64,000 nucleotides of DNA from Candidatus Bathyarchaeota archaeon (GTDB taxonomy: Archaea > Thermoproteota > Bathyarchaeia > Bathyarchaeales > Bathycorpusculaceae): contig OY970176.1 in NCBI GenBank assembly GCA_963707955.1, positions 800,001 to 864,000 of the forward strand, given 5' to 3'. Made by a program: the position numbers and the translations under genes. Numbering within the stretch: the first letter of the stretch is position 1; each line of letters starts with the position of its first letter. The notes beneath the pieces are model-generated. The model ran no database searches and was not told the DNA's origin. It was given only the letters and a program-made list of their open reading frames with translations. Shown here in pieces: positions 1 through 9,747 of this stretch.

Positions 1-67
1 GACAAATCATAATGCGTTTTAATGTGGGATACGAGGTAGAGTGCTTCCGCTTTTTCAGAGGTTTATT

Positions 68-508
68 TTAACCCTCTTGGGGAAGATAGCGAGGCGTCCA
101 CAAATTTCCTAGAATGTCTCGTATCTCCTTATCCATGTAGTTTTCTAGGTTGCGGGCAACATCGTTGGCTGTTAAGACGCCGTGAAGGGCCCCTTCTCTA
201 ACCACTGCTAGTCTTCGGATCTTCTGTTTTTTCATTATCTTAGCTGCTTCTGTTAAGTCCGCGTTCGGATCGATCGTTATCAAAGGTGTCGACATTACTT
301 CGGCGACTCTCACATTCTTCGGGTCAAGCCCTTTTGCAGCAACTTTCCAAGTCACATCGCGTTCAGTTACTATGCCAAACGGTTTGCCTTGCCTCAAAAC
401 AATAGCGCATCCCTCTCCTTTTTTGTACATGTCTAGAGAGGCTTCAGCAACAGACACGCCTTCTTCAACGGTGACTATGCTTGTTCTCATAGCTTCGGCC
501 GCCCTCAA
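68..508 (-). CDS. CBS domain pair protein
   Basis: C-terminal part of ORF 68..1168 has CBS motifs (GIVTERD, VMSTPLITI, GVLTANDV). Likely start is TTG 508 or ATG 490 after a GGAAGGGG SD-like motif; the upstream part is the antisense shadow of the ABC gene. Confidence 0.85.
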   Translation of the reverse strand: MRAAEAMRTSIVTVEEGVSVAEASLDMYKKGEGCAIVLRQGKPFGIVTERDVTWKVAAKGLDPKNVRVAEVMSTPLITIDPNADLTEAAKIMKKQKIRRLAVVREGALHGVLTANDVARNLENYMDKEIRDILGNLWTPRYLPQEG

Positions 509-655
509 AAACTTCCCCTTCCTACTGTTCAGAACAACTCGAATACATTCTAGTGAATCCCAATAATTAAGCAATACTGTGGCCAGGCTAACTCTGCTGA
601 AACTTGAGGAGAACTTAAAAGAAGAGCCTGACGCACATTTCTTGAGTGGAACGGT

Positions 656-1612
656 TTGATTTCTGACTATACCATTTTGGTTGATGGGCTCGTTAGAGTT
701 TACGGTGAAAAGGCTGCCGTTGACGGCGTTTCTTTTGGTGTAAGAAAAGGCGAGATTTTTGGTTTCTTGGGTCCTAATGGTGCTGGGAAGACGACCACGA
801 TAAAGGTGCTTACAACTTTGATTCCCCCTACACGCGGCAAAGCCATCGTCCTTGGCCACGATGTCACTGAGGAGCCTTTGAAGATTAGACGCAGGATCGG
901 AGTGGTTCAGCAGCAGCCGAGTCTCGAAATGTTCATGACGGTTGAGCAGAATCTGGATAGCTCTGGTTTCCTTTGGGATATCCCTAAAGAGGAGAGGCGG
1001 AAGAAGATCAAGTTCTTGAGTGAGCTTTTCGGGTTGAAGGATTGCTTGAAAACGAAAGGTCCGGAGCTTTCGATTGGTCAAAGAAGGAGAGTTCAAATTG
1101 CCCGCGAGCTGATGCACGACATGGACATCCTTTTCCTGGATGAACCTACTCTTGGTCTCGACCCTCAAGTGCGAAGAACGCTATTGGACTACGTGAAGAA
1201 ACGTGCTTCGGAAGGCTTGACGGTTTTCTTCACAACCCACATCATGGAAGAAGCTGAATACCTGTGCGACAGGGTGGCGATAATAGACCACGGCAAGATC
1301 TTGGCTGATGACACTGTTGATAGACTTCGGTCAAGGTTTGGAACGGGAGAGATCATAGAGTTTACACTTGCTGAGAAGGGTGCAGAACTGAGAAGAATCT
1401 TGACGCCTATTGAGGGGATTAACGCTTTCTATGAACCGCAAGAAGAGGATGAGTTTTTCAGGATATTCACAGACAACCCATCAGCCGTGCTGCCCAGATT
1501 ACTTCAAGCTCTGTTTGCAAATGGACAGCACGTCACAACAATCAACATTAAAGAGTCAACCCTCGAAGAGGCTTTCTTGAGATTGACTTCAAAGAAGGAG
1601 GGAGAAGCATGA
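656..1612 (+). CDS. ABC transporter ATP-binding protein (DrrA-like)
   Basis: Walker A GPNGAGKTT, signature LSIGQRRR, Walker B LFLDEPT, H-loop TTH. Confidence 0.95.
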   Translation: MISDYTILVDGLVRVYGEKAAVDGVSFGVRKGEIFGFLGPNGAGKTTTIKVLTTLIPPTRGKAIVLGHDVTEEPLKIRRRIGVVQQQPSLEMFMTVEQNLDSSGFLWDIPKEERRKKIKFLSELFGLKDCLKTKGPELSIGQRRRVQIARELMHDMDILFLDEPTLGLDPQVRRTLLDYVKKRASEGLTVFFTTHIMEEAEYLCDRVAIIDHGKILADDTVDRLRSRFGTGEIIEFTLAEKGAELRRILTPIEGINAFYEPQEEDEFFRIFTDNPSAVLPRLLQALFANGQHVTTINIKESTLEEAFLRLTSKKEGEA

Positions 1613-2373
1613 ACAGCATGCTCAAGCTGCTCGTTCGGGATATCCGAGGAAGTTTTCTCATGTCACCCCTGTTCTTAGCATCGATGCTTGTTTCTCCTCT
1701 CATCTACATTTTTGTTTTGGGATTTGCCTTCAGTGGCTTTATTCCCAGCATCGTTTTAGGCCGAGTCAGCATGAGCTACGTCCTGTTCCTCGCCCCAGGC
1801 ATAATTGTAAGTCAGTTTCTCACGGGAGGAGTCTATGCAGGAGCGTCGATTTGGTTCGACAGAAGATTCGGCATGTTTGAACAGATTCTCGTTGGACCAT
1901 TCACGAAAACACAGTACATAGCAAGCAAGATCCTCTCAGTGGCCCTTCAGGGTCTTGCGATGGCCTTTCTAGTTCTTCTATTAACATCTCCACTTCTATC
2001 TGGTTTAACGGTCAACGCTCTTGGAGTCTTATTCATTGTGGCGGCTTGGATGCTCGGGTCTCTATTGTTCGGCTCATTTTCCATGGTAGTCACAACAGCC
2101 GTGAAAACTGACCAAGTCTTGAACGTGGTGTTCAACATTATCATGCCTCCGCTGCTTTTTCTAAGTTCGATTTTTTATCCACTTGAAACCGTTCCTGCTT
2201 TCATACGCGCATTGGCTTTGGTCAACCCGTTGACTTACGCCGCGGATATGTTCAGATTTGGACTCCTGGGTCTTCAAACCAGCTATCTTGGCTACGAAGT
2301 CTTGTTGCTCGTAATTGAGAGCGCAGGTATGTTTCTTCTGGCGACCAAGAGCTTCAAAAGAATCCAAATGTGA
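1609..2373 (+). CDS. ABC-2 type transporter permease
   Basis: Six hydrophobic segments, FLSSIFYP and NPLTY motifs, ATGA overlap with the ATPase gene. Confidence 0.92.
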   Translation: MNSMLKLLVRDIRGSFLMSPLFLASMLVSPLIYIFVLGFAFSGFIPSIVLGRVSMSYVLFLAPGIIVSQFLTGGVYAGASIWFDRRFGMFEQILVGPFTKTQYIASKILSVALQGLAMAFLVLLLTSPLLSGLTVNALGVLFIVAAWMLGSLLFGSFSMVVTTAVKTDQVLNVVFNIIMPPLLFLSSIFYPLETVPAFIRALALVNPLTYAADMFRFGLLGLQTSYLGYEVLLLVIESAGMFLLATKSFKRIQM

Positions 2374-2702
2374 GTCGTGCCCACCGTGGAAAGACGAACT
2401 TCTCAAAAGCTCCTGTAACCGTGTACCCGATCCTAGAGGCCAAGTCCTTGAACCCGCCGTACAGCCCCAGATCCAGCCTGAACAGCTTCAGTGTCTTCAG
2501 CAATGCGCCTCACGTATAGGCTTCTACGCACCATTCCGCAACTGGAACACAGAGCTCGCCGGCCCTGTGCCTGTCACATCAAAACGATTCAACGACCCAC
2601 AACACGCTTATCTCGAAAACCTATTCACATGACGAGAATACTTCCAAAATTCACTCTGTTTACGAGCAGCGCACACAACGTGCTGCACTCTTGGTCTTTG
2701 CT

Positions 2703-2951
2703 CTATTCTCTCACAGGAGGCGGAATGGCTATCAGAGACTGTGTTCGGATCACGCCTTTAAGGCGCTGGATTTTCTCTATTATTTTTCCCAAGTCATCCA
2801 TCTTGGCAAAATCCACTGAAGCTATTGCGTCGAATTGTCCTGTCACTGCGTCCGCCGTCTTGACACCTTCAATTCTAAGCGCCGCTTCCGCAACACTCCA
2901 CAGTTCACTGGCTTCCGTGCTCATGAGAATGTAGGCCTTCAAAACATTCAC
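2703..2951 (-). CDS. Lrp/AsnC ligand-binding (RAM) domain protein
   Basis: 82 aa with VTGQFDAIA and GVIRTQSLI motifs; no HTH. Confidence 0.85.
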   Translation of the reverse strand: MNVLKAYILMSTEASELWSVAEAALRIEGVKTADAVTGQFDAIASVDFAKMDDLGKIIEKIQRLKGVIRTQSLIAIPPPVRE

Positions 2952-3058
2952 CTCAACATGAACAATTTGGAAAGTCTTGGAATAAAAAGCTTAAGATGCT
3001 CCTCGAACAGCAAATCCAGTCAGTTGCCAAAGCTTGCACGAGCGGTTCCCCTCCAAGA

Positions 3059-3808
3059 TCAGCATTGGTCTTTACTTTCTTCCGCTCGAACGATTAATGG
3101 AACCTCACGTAAGGACTTAATATTATAGTCCGCCTGAAATGCTCCCCTTTCTCCGCGAGCTCGCTTGTTTTCCCTCAGAATCTCCGGTAGGCTCCTGAAG
3201 AGATCTTGGGAATCTGATTTCTCAAGGTCTCTTGTAACCATTATTGCTACACCATTTGCACCTTTGGCAGCCAACACGTCAAGCACCAAGTCGCCGACGA
3301 CAACGAAGCGTTTGGCGCCGAGTTTTCTTGTGGCCACAAGAACGCCTTCAGGATCAGGCTTCAACTTTGTAACATCTTCCCTCGTTACTACAACATCGAA
3401 ATATTCTTTCAAACCATGAATTTTAAAGACAACGTCCACCGCTCGTCTCGAAGTGTTAGTGACCAGCCCTATTTTCGCCCCGAGTTCTCTAAGTGTTTGT
3501 AGCGTGGAAATGGTCTCGGGGAAAAGCCTTGACTTCTTTGCTGAATCCAGTTCGTAATGGTTGAGAAACATCTCCATTTCTCGCCGGTATATTCTGGCCC
3601 TTTCTTCACCAAAATGCCGTTGAACGTATTCCGATGCAATGTTACGCATGATGGTGGCCCGTTTTATTCCTTCAAGGACTGTTTTTGGAATTCCAAGATC
3701 AATGAGCTTCCGTCTCGTATCACGCCTGAATTCCAGCACGTGCTGACGAACTGACCATGGAGTCTTAACCAGTGTGTCCTCCAGATCAAACAGTACCGCG
3801 ACATTCAT
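3059..3808 (-). CDS. HAD-superfamily hydrolase
   Basis: FDLEDTL motif I, LVTN motif II, KPDP and VGD..D motifs III/IV. Confidence 0.9.
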   Translation of the reverse strand: MNVAVLFDLEDTLVKTPWSVRQHVLEFRRDTRRKLIDLGIPKTVLEGIKRATIMRNIASEYVQRHFGEERARIYRREMEMFLNHYELDSAKKSRLFPETISTLQTLRELGAKIGLVTNTSRRAVDVVFKIHGLKEYFDVVVTREDVTKLKPDPEGVLVATRKLGAKRFVVVGDLVLDVLAAKGANGVAIMVTRDLEKSDSQDLFRSLPEILRENKRARGERGAFQADYNIKSLREVPLIVRAEESKDQC

Positions 3809-4052
3809 TGCTGTTCACGCTAGTCTTGACATTCAGTTTATCTTCTTGCTTCTGCCATGGCTGCTATTTAGCTCCTGTCTTTTCACGTTTCCACATTTTT
3901 GCTCTTAGCATTTGCTCATCAACTGGTCTTAGCGCAGGGTTCAGGCTGAAGATTGCCAGATGACACCTGTTGGGCACATTTGACGGAGTCAGCTTCGTTT
4001 CGGTGTATCGCATGCTTTCAGGCATAAACTCTTAAAGACTGGAAGTGGCTTA

Positions 4053-6521
4053 ATGCGCGGCATGGAAGGCTCGAGTGAAGAGTCAAAGGGACTTTCTCAG
4101 GCGGAAGCTCAAAGAAGGCTCGAACAGGTCGGGCCGAACCAGTTTGTTAAACCCCTGAAGATAAGCTTCCTCGGTATCGCTAAAGAAGAAGTAGTTGAAC
4201 CCATGATTCTGCTGCTACTTGTCGTTGGTGTGCTCTACACGACATTCACGTGGCCGAATCTGCAAGACGCCCTGACGATTTTCAGCATCATCTTCGTGTT
4301 GGTTTCCGTTGAAATCTGGAACGAGTATCGAGCCAAGAAGGCCATATCTGCGCTCTCTGAGCTTGCAGCTCCGAAAACGAGGGTTGTGCGGGATGGCAGG
4401 ATAGTTGAAGTTGAAACTGAGAAAGTGGTTCCTGGCGATCTTTTGGTCTTCACCGATGGCACTCGAATTGCAGCTGACTGTAAGCTTAACGTGGCATATG
4501 ACGTTCAAGTCGATGAGTCGGTTTTGACGGGTGAATCCTTTCCTCGAGAGAAGGGGGTTGGGGACGAAGTTTATGCTGGAACACTGGTACTTTCTGGCGA
4601 AGGAAAAGGAGAAACCTACGCCACTGGCAAGAACAGTAGATTCGGCAAGATTTCAGCTATGGCGCAGGCGATTAAGCCTCCGAAAACACCATTACAATTG
4701 GCAATGAAGTCGCTTTCGAAGACACTTGCGTACGTTGCCATATTCTTCAGTGTAATCATCCCTGTTCTCGGCTTCGTCCGCTTTGGGTACCAAGATCTGG
4801 CTAAGGACAAGGATTTAATCTTGACCGGACTGGCACTTGCCTTTGCAGCCATTCCAGAGGAACTGCCAATAATAATCACCATGATATTGGGATTGGGCTC
4901 CTACAGGCTCTCACAGAAAGGTTTTCTGGTCAAGAAACTCAAAGCTGCCGAGACTCTGGGGGACGCAACCGTTATCCTTACCGATAAGACAGGCACGATC
5001 ACTGAGAACAAGATGCGAGTTGCTCAGGTCTATCCGCGAAAACAAGAAGCCAGAACACTCGCTGCGGCAACCGCAGCGTTGACCGAAATGTCACTGTCCC
5101 CCACGGACAAGGCTGTTCTTGAGAAAGCAGGCGAACTCGGAATCGCACAGGGTTTCGGAAGCGTTATTCGCGAACGTGGTTTTGAAATCAACAAACGAAC
5201 CAAAGCTGTCCTTCGCGCGAGAAACGGTGGTCTCATGCTTTCGACCATTGGTGCACCGGAGGAAATTCTTGGCTCCGAGGGCAGTGATGGGCCTCTTGAC
5301 GAAGAACTGAAAGAGGAAGCAGCGAAGGGAAGGAGAGTAATCGGCGTTGCAGAAAAAGCCGTTTCAACTGAAGAAGCAGATCTGCCCTTTTCAGAGCTAG
5401 AGGGAAACTGGGACTTCATCGGGTTGATCTCGATTGAAGACCCCCCGCGTCAAGGCGTCAAGGAAACCATAGAGGCAATCAGCAGAGCGGGGATCAGAAC
5501 GATCATGGTCACTGGTGACTATCCGCAAACAGCCGCCTACATCGCAATGAGCGTCAGCATCCCCTCAAAAAACGTGCTCACCGGCGAAGACCTCCAAAGG
5601 CTTTCTGACGAGGATCTACAGAAAGTCGTGAAGGAAACATCCGTTTTCGCAAGAACCACGCCCGAGGACAAGTATCGACTCGTTAAGGCGCTGCACGCAA
5701 ACAACGAAGTTGTCGCAGTGACCGGCGACGGTGTCAACGACACATTGGCCCTCAAGGGAGCAGACGTCGGCATTGCCATGGGCGTGAAAGGCACCGACGC
5801 GGCTAAGGAAGCGGCAGATGTCATTTTGACTGACGATAATTTTGTAAGCATCGGACACGCAGTCTTTGAAGGCCGCACGTTCTTTGACAACCTGAGAAAA
5901 GGACTCAAGTACTATCTAGCAATCAAAGCTGCACTGATCTCCATCTTCCTTCTGCCCCTGGCGCTAGGCACACCTTTACCATTTGCTCCAATACAGATAA
6001 TCGTCCTCGAACTCTTCATGGACCTCGCTGCCTCTGCCGGATTTGTCACCGAACCCGCTGAAAAAACTATTTACAGCCGAAAACCAAGAGACCCCAAAGC
6101 AAAGTTCCCCGATTCAAGAATGATAAAGGACCTAGCAGTCTCCGCGGCAAGCCTTTTCTCAGCTGTGATGCTCGCATACTTCTACGCACGTTGGCAGGGT
6201 CTTTCACCTCTTGAAGTACAGACTTTCGCCTTCTCGGCCTGGATGATGGGACACATAATTCTCGCGTTCGTCACACGTTCAGAAAACGAACCGCTCTACA
6301 TTCTAGGCCCCCTGTCAAACAAGGTGATGGACCTGTGGGCAGTTCTCGCCGTGTCCTTCCTACTTGTAGCAGTCGCCGTTCCCTCAGTAGGTGTCCAGCT
6401 GAAGCTTTCCACACTCTCGGCCGGTCAGCTTGGCTTGATCTTTGCCTTCGCTTTTCTCACTATCGTTTGGCAGGAAATTGCGAAGCTCTTGTTGTTCAAA
6501 CCGAATTCGAAAAAGGAATGA
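4053..6521 (+). CDS. Cation-transporting P-type ATPase (P2-like)
   Basis: TGES, IPEELP, DKTGT phosphorylation site, DPPR, TGDGVND. Confidence 0.95.
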   Translation: MRGMEGSSEESKGLSQAEAQRRLEQVGPNQFVKPLKISFLGIAKEEVVEPMILLLLVVGVLYTTFTWPNLQDALTIFSIIFVLVSVEIWNEYRAKKAISALSELAAPKTRVVRDGRIVEVETEKVVPGDLLVFTDGTRIAADCKLNVAYDVQVDESVLTGESFPREKGVGDEVYAGTLVLSGEGKGETYATGKNSRFGKISAMAQAIKPPKTPLQLAMKSLSKTLAYVAIFFSVIIPVLGFVRFGYQDLAKDKDLILTGLALAFAAIPEELPIIITMILGLGSYRLSQKGFLVKKLKAAETLGDATVILTDKTGTITENKMRVAQVYPRKQEARTLAAATAALTEMSLSPTDKAVLEKAGELGIAQGFGSVIRERGFEINKRTKAVLRARNGGLMLSTIGAPEEILGSEGSDGPLDEELKEEAAKGRRVIGVAEKAVSTEEADLPFSELEGNWDFIGLISIEDPPRQGVKETIEAISRAGIRTIMVTGDYPQTAAYIAMSVSIPSKNVLTGEDLQRLSDEDLQKVVKETSVFARTTPEDKYRLVKALHANNEVVAVTGDGVNDTLALKGADVGIAMGVKGTDAAKEAADVILTDDNFVSIGHAVFEGRTFFDNLRKGLKYYLAIKAALISIFLLPLALGTPLPFAPIQIIVLELFMDLAASAGFVTEPAEKTIYSRKPRDPKAKFPDSRMIKDLAVSAASLFSAVMLAYFYARWQGLSPLEVQTFAFSAWMMGHIILAFVTRSENEPLYILGPLSNKVMDLWAVLAVSFLLVAVAVPSVGVQLKLSTLSAGQLGLIFAFAFLTIVWQEIAKLLLFKPNSKKE

Positions 6522-6604
6522 GAGCAAAAAGTCAACATCTGCCTAAATGGAAAATCGATAAGCGTAAATATGCGGGACTTTTAATATGTTCCGAGAAATG
6601 TATT

Positions 6605-6709
6605 ATGGTTAATTGCGCAAAGTGTGGTAAAGATATTCCTTCGGGGCAAGAAGTGAAGAAAGGCTTCCTAATAAAGAAAAGCTATCATAAGGAATGTGCT
6701 CCCAAGTAG
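6605..6709 (+). CDS. 34-aa zinc-finger micro-protein
   Basis: MVNCAKCGKDIPSGQEVKKGFLIKKSYHKECAPK has CxxC...HxxC; TATA-like TTTAATAT about 25 nt upstream (leaderless). Confidence 0.65.
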   Translation: MVNCAKCGKDIPSGQEVKKGFLIKKSYHKECAPK

Positions 6710-6974
6710 ACTCAATGCTTATCAGTATTTGCACAAGCATCAATCCACCCTTTATCTTCTGAAGGAAATTATTTTCTTTTCTTTTTTCTTTAGCGCGCGC
6801 ACAGATTAAGCTAGGCTTTCCTTTTGCAACGCTGTGCAGAAAACCAAGATAAGGTTCAAACTTCGCCGCGCGCGCTTTCGTGGGGTGAAATGCCTCTAGG
6901 GAAAAATCTAAGGCCAATCAATACTAGTTATGATTCGCATGAACATCTCTGCACAGAGATTTTGGGTGGGAGAA

Positions 6975-7154
6975 ATGCGGAAAGTTCAGAAGTCTAGGGT
7001 GGCCCCGGCCCTGTTCATGTTTGCCGTGCTTCTGGGCGGCTCTGTGGTGATAGCGGTCGCTGAGGCAGGGATCGAGTTCGTGGTCGTAATAGTGATTATC
7101 GTGGGAATAGTGATACTTTTATCCGTTGGATCTCAGTTCAAGAAAAAAAATTAG
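6975..7154 (+). CDS. Small membrane protein (2 TM)
   Basis: Two hydrophobic stretches with basic ends; GGTGGGAG SD-like motif before ATG 6975. Confidence 0.55.
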   Translation: MRKVQKSRVAPALFMFAVLLGGSVVIAVAEAGIEFVVVIVIIVGIVILLSVGSQFKKKN

Positions 7155-7387
7155 CGAGCCCGCTCATTTCTGCGCGCGCGCCTTTGCTCTCGGGGTTTGT
7201 GGAGATAAGGTTTTGTTTGTTTTGTTTTTTCGTCGTTGTTAATGCGGCGTTGTTTTAGAATTATGCGTGGTTTTCTGCGTTTTATTTTTAGCGTTTTTGT
7301 AGCGTATTCTGTTTGTTCTTGTTTTTGGTTTTATAATTACTTACTTCGGTTGTTTCGGTTTGCTTAAGCGCGCGCAGAAAACTTTTT

Positions 7388-7624
7388 CTATCCTTCATGC
7401 GCGATCATCGTTATTGTTGATTTAACTCTCTCCAGTCTCCTTATCTTGTCATGTATTTCTTTGAGCCTGTCCATAGTATCCGCTCTTGTTCTTACAATGA
7501 TGTCATAGACGCCGTAGACAGGATAAGCTTCTTCAACTCCCTTAATCTCCCTCAATGCTTTCATCAACATCGGGTGATATTCTTCTGAATTTATCAACAA
7601 ATATGCCGTAGGCATCCAAATCAC
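7388..7624 (-). CDS. Lrp/AsnC ligand-binding domain protein
   Basis: VYGVYDIIVR and VKSTITMI motifs. Confidence 0.85.
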   Translation of the reverse strand: MIWMPTAYLLINSEEYHPMLMKALREIKGVEEAYPVYGVYDIIVRTRADTMDRLKEIHDKIRRLERVKSTITMIAHEG

Positions 7625-7673
7625 CTTTTACTCTCTCTGAACACTTCGCTTTTAGCTTTTGGGCGCGCGCTAG

Positions 7674-7823
7674 TGGGGTCGTGCGGATTTGAACCGCAGA
7701 CCTACGGGTTTCTTCAGGTGACAGCTCCAGAATTCTGTCATCACCGTTTACGCATCGGCTCCACTTCTTTACGCATTGTGGATTTCTGGAGCCCGTCGTC
7801 ATACCTGCCTAGACTACGACCCC
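7674..7823 (-). tRNA. tRNA-Trp(CCA) with 76-nt intron at 37/38 (intron 7710-7785)
   Basis: Acceptor stem GGGGTCG/CGACCCC, anticodon stem ACGGG/CCCGT with loop CTCCAG|A, T-loop GGTTCAAATCC; TTTAAAT box about 30 nt upstream. Confidence 0.93.
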
Positions 7824-7966
7824 ACGGCTACACTGAGAAGGACTTGCCAGATTTTAAATATATGCATTGTTGCGCCAGAAACAGAATCTGTGCACATGCC
7901 TAAGATTCGAGAAGACACATCAGCCTAGAGCGATAAGCTTATGAGCACAGGGTTGTCGTCTAGTTT

Positions 7967-8093
7967 GGGGTTTGCCGGTCATAGGGCGCGGGTCCCACCT
8001 GATCCCATACCGAACTCAGAAGTTAAACCGCGCTCCGTTTCTGGCTGTAATGTGGTCTTCGGCCATGTGAACCCGGAAAAGCTGGTAACCCCA
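7967..8093 (+). rRNA. rrf: 5S rRNA
   Basis: CACCTGATCCCATACCGAACTCAGAAGTTAAAC core; terminal helix GGGGTTTGCCGG/CTGGTAACCCC. Confidence 0.93.
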
Positions 8094-8154
8094 CTTCAAA
8101 ATAGTCGGTGAATTTGGAGGAAAATTACCCAAAACTTATAACTCAGCATCTATA

Positions 8155-9321
8155 GTGTGTTCGGAAGGTGAGTTCGTGAGCATAACGGCGGCAATACTAG
8201 GCTTATACAGCCGGATCATGCCAGCACAGTTTGGCGATACCAGTGTAACCTTGGTTCTGAACCTGCTTTTCTACGTCGTTTTCATCGTCTTCATTTTCTA
8301 TGGGCAGAGACTTCAGACGTACGTGATGATCAGGGAAGTAGAGGGGTCACTCTACAAACTGAAGTACATAAAGGAAGAGGGACGTAAGATAACGATAGAA
8401 ACGATAAAGGAGATTGGAAAGCCGCAGACGGACCCAACGGGAAGGGTTGACAGGTTCCTGGAATATTTCACGATATCTCCTCAGTCTCTTGACCCGGCGG
8501 GCATAGTCTGGAAGCTTGAACACATACTGGACGTAAGGGACACGCGCTTCAAGGATGAGGTCAAGTTCATGGCTCCGTCAGCAGATGAAACCCAGGCAAA
8601 CAACCTGGAGAACACCCTTGAGGCAGCGATGGCCCTCAATTTCATTTACAAAGTGATAAGACACTTCTACCTGCTGGGCAAGAAAACACTCAGCCTTTAC
8701 GTCATAATGCAGATACAGATGATCTTGCCGATGATTATGAAAGAGGCAGAAGCCTACGCAAGCGCGTTAAAAGCCTTCGCCTACGGTCAGCCAATAGGTG
8801 ACGGGGCAGGTGCACTCGTCGCGGCAAAGCTCATGCATGGACACGAGACGAGGAAAATAGCCAAGGACTGCGTTGTCGCATCCGTTCCCTTCGAAGGACG
8901 AACAGCCTTCGTCATAAAGGCTGAAGGGCCAGGAGGAAACGTGGGCAAACCAGGAGACGCGGTAAAAGCGGTCATCGACGAAAACGAGGGGAAGATTGCC
9001 ATGGTCGTCATGATCGATGCTGCTCTGAAGCTTGAAGGAGAGGGATTGGGCGAGTTGGCTGAAGGTGTCGGTGCGGCTATCGGAGGCCCCGGAGTTGACC
9101 AGTACAAGATCGAGGATGCGATTCTGAAATATCACATTCCCGTAAACGCCGTCGTAATAAAGGAAGACATAGGAGACGCTGTTTCACCCTTGCGCAAAGA
9201 AGTTTTCGACTCGATCGATGGCGTCATAGAAAGGATAAAAACGGTCGTATTGGAGAGGACGAAGGAAGGAGACAAAATAGTAATCGCCGGCGTGGGGAAC
9301 AGCATCGGAATCGGACAGTAG
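8155..9321 (+). CDS. DUF1512 family protein
   Basis: N-terminal TM; PIGDGAG, KAEGPGG, IDAALKLEGE, GVGNSIGIGQ motifs. Confidence 0.85.
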   Translation: MCSEGEFVSITAAILGLYSRIMPAQFGDTSVTLVLNLLFYVVFIVFIFYGQRLQTYVMIREVEGSLYKLKYIKEEGRKITIETIKEIGKPQTDPTGRVDRFLEYFTISPQSLDPAGIVWKLEHILDVRDTRFKDEVKFMAPSADETQANNLENTLEAAMALNFIYKVIRHFYLLGKKTLSLYVIMQIQMILPMIMKEAEAYASALKAFAYGQPIGDGAGALVAAKLMHGHETRKIAKDCVVASVPFEGRTAFVIKAEGPGGNVGKPGDAVKAVIDENEGKIAMVVMIDAALKLEGEGLGELAEGVGAAIGGPGVDQYKIEDAILKYHIPVNAVVIKEDIGDAVSPLRKEVFDSIDGVIERIKTVVLERTKEGDKIVIAGVGNSIGIGQ

Positions 9322-9333
9322 GAGACAAACGAA

Positions 9334-9747
9334 ATGACTGAAACCCAAGCATCAGGCCCAACACCCCGAATAGCGTCCTCCGTGATAATAGCCGTGTTCT
9401 TAGCCCTTGCACTCTCGTTCATAGCCCTCATATACGCGCTCAGCATCCTTGATCAAGACATTGAAACTGCATCGATCTTCCTAATAATGGGATTCCTGGG
9501 AGTAGCGTTGTCCACGTACGTTTTGTTCCAGACGCGGAGACGACTTTCAAAGCTAAAGATCGTGCCTGCCCCCGTGACAACCACTATAGAATGCAAGAAA
9601 TGTGGCTTCAAGAACGTCAGAGAGTTCCAGCGAGGAGACTACATTTTCAAAGAAGGCGAACCATGCCAAAAATGCAATGAAAAGATGCTAATAACAGCGA
9701 TCTACAGGGAAGTCAAAGAGAAAGAGAGAGAAAAAATGTCTTTCTAG
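9334..9747 (+). CDS. Membrane protein with C-terminal Zn ribbon
   Basis: Two TM segments, then CKKC...REFQRGDY...CQKC. Confidence 0.75.
   Translation: MTETQASGPTPRIASSVIIAVFLALALSFIALIYALSILDQDIETASIFLIMGFLGVALSTYVLFQTRRRLSKLKIVPAPVTTTIECKKCGFKNVREFQRGDYIFKEGEPCQKCNEKMLITAIYREVKEKEREKMSF

Noticed and set aside
509-1168. Long N-terminal extension of the CBS protein
   Set aside because: Antisense shadow of the ABC ATPase gene
2374-2700. ORFs between the ABC permease and the Lrp gene
   Set aside because: No recognisable motifs, SD or consistent frame
7182-7366. T/G-rich low-complexity tract between two GC runs
   Set aside because: No ORF, repeat unit or stable structure; probably mobile-element debris
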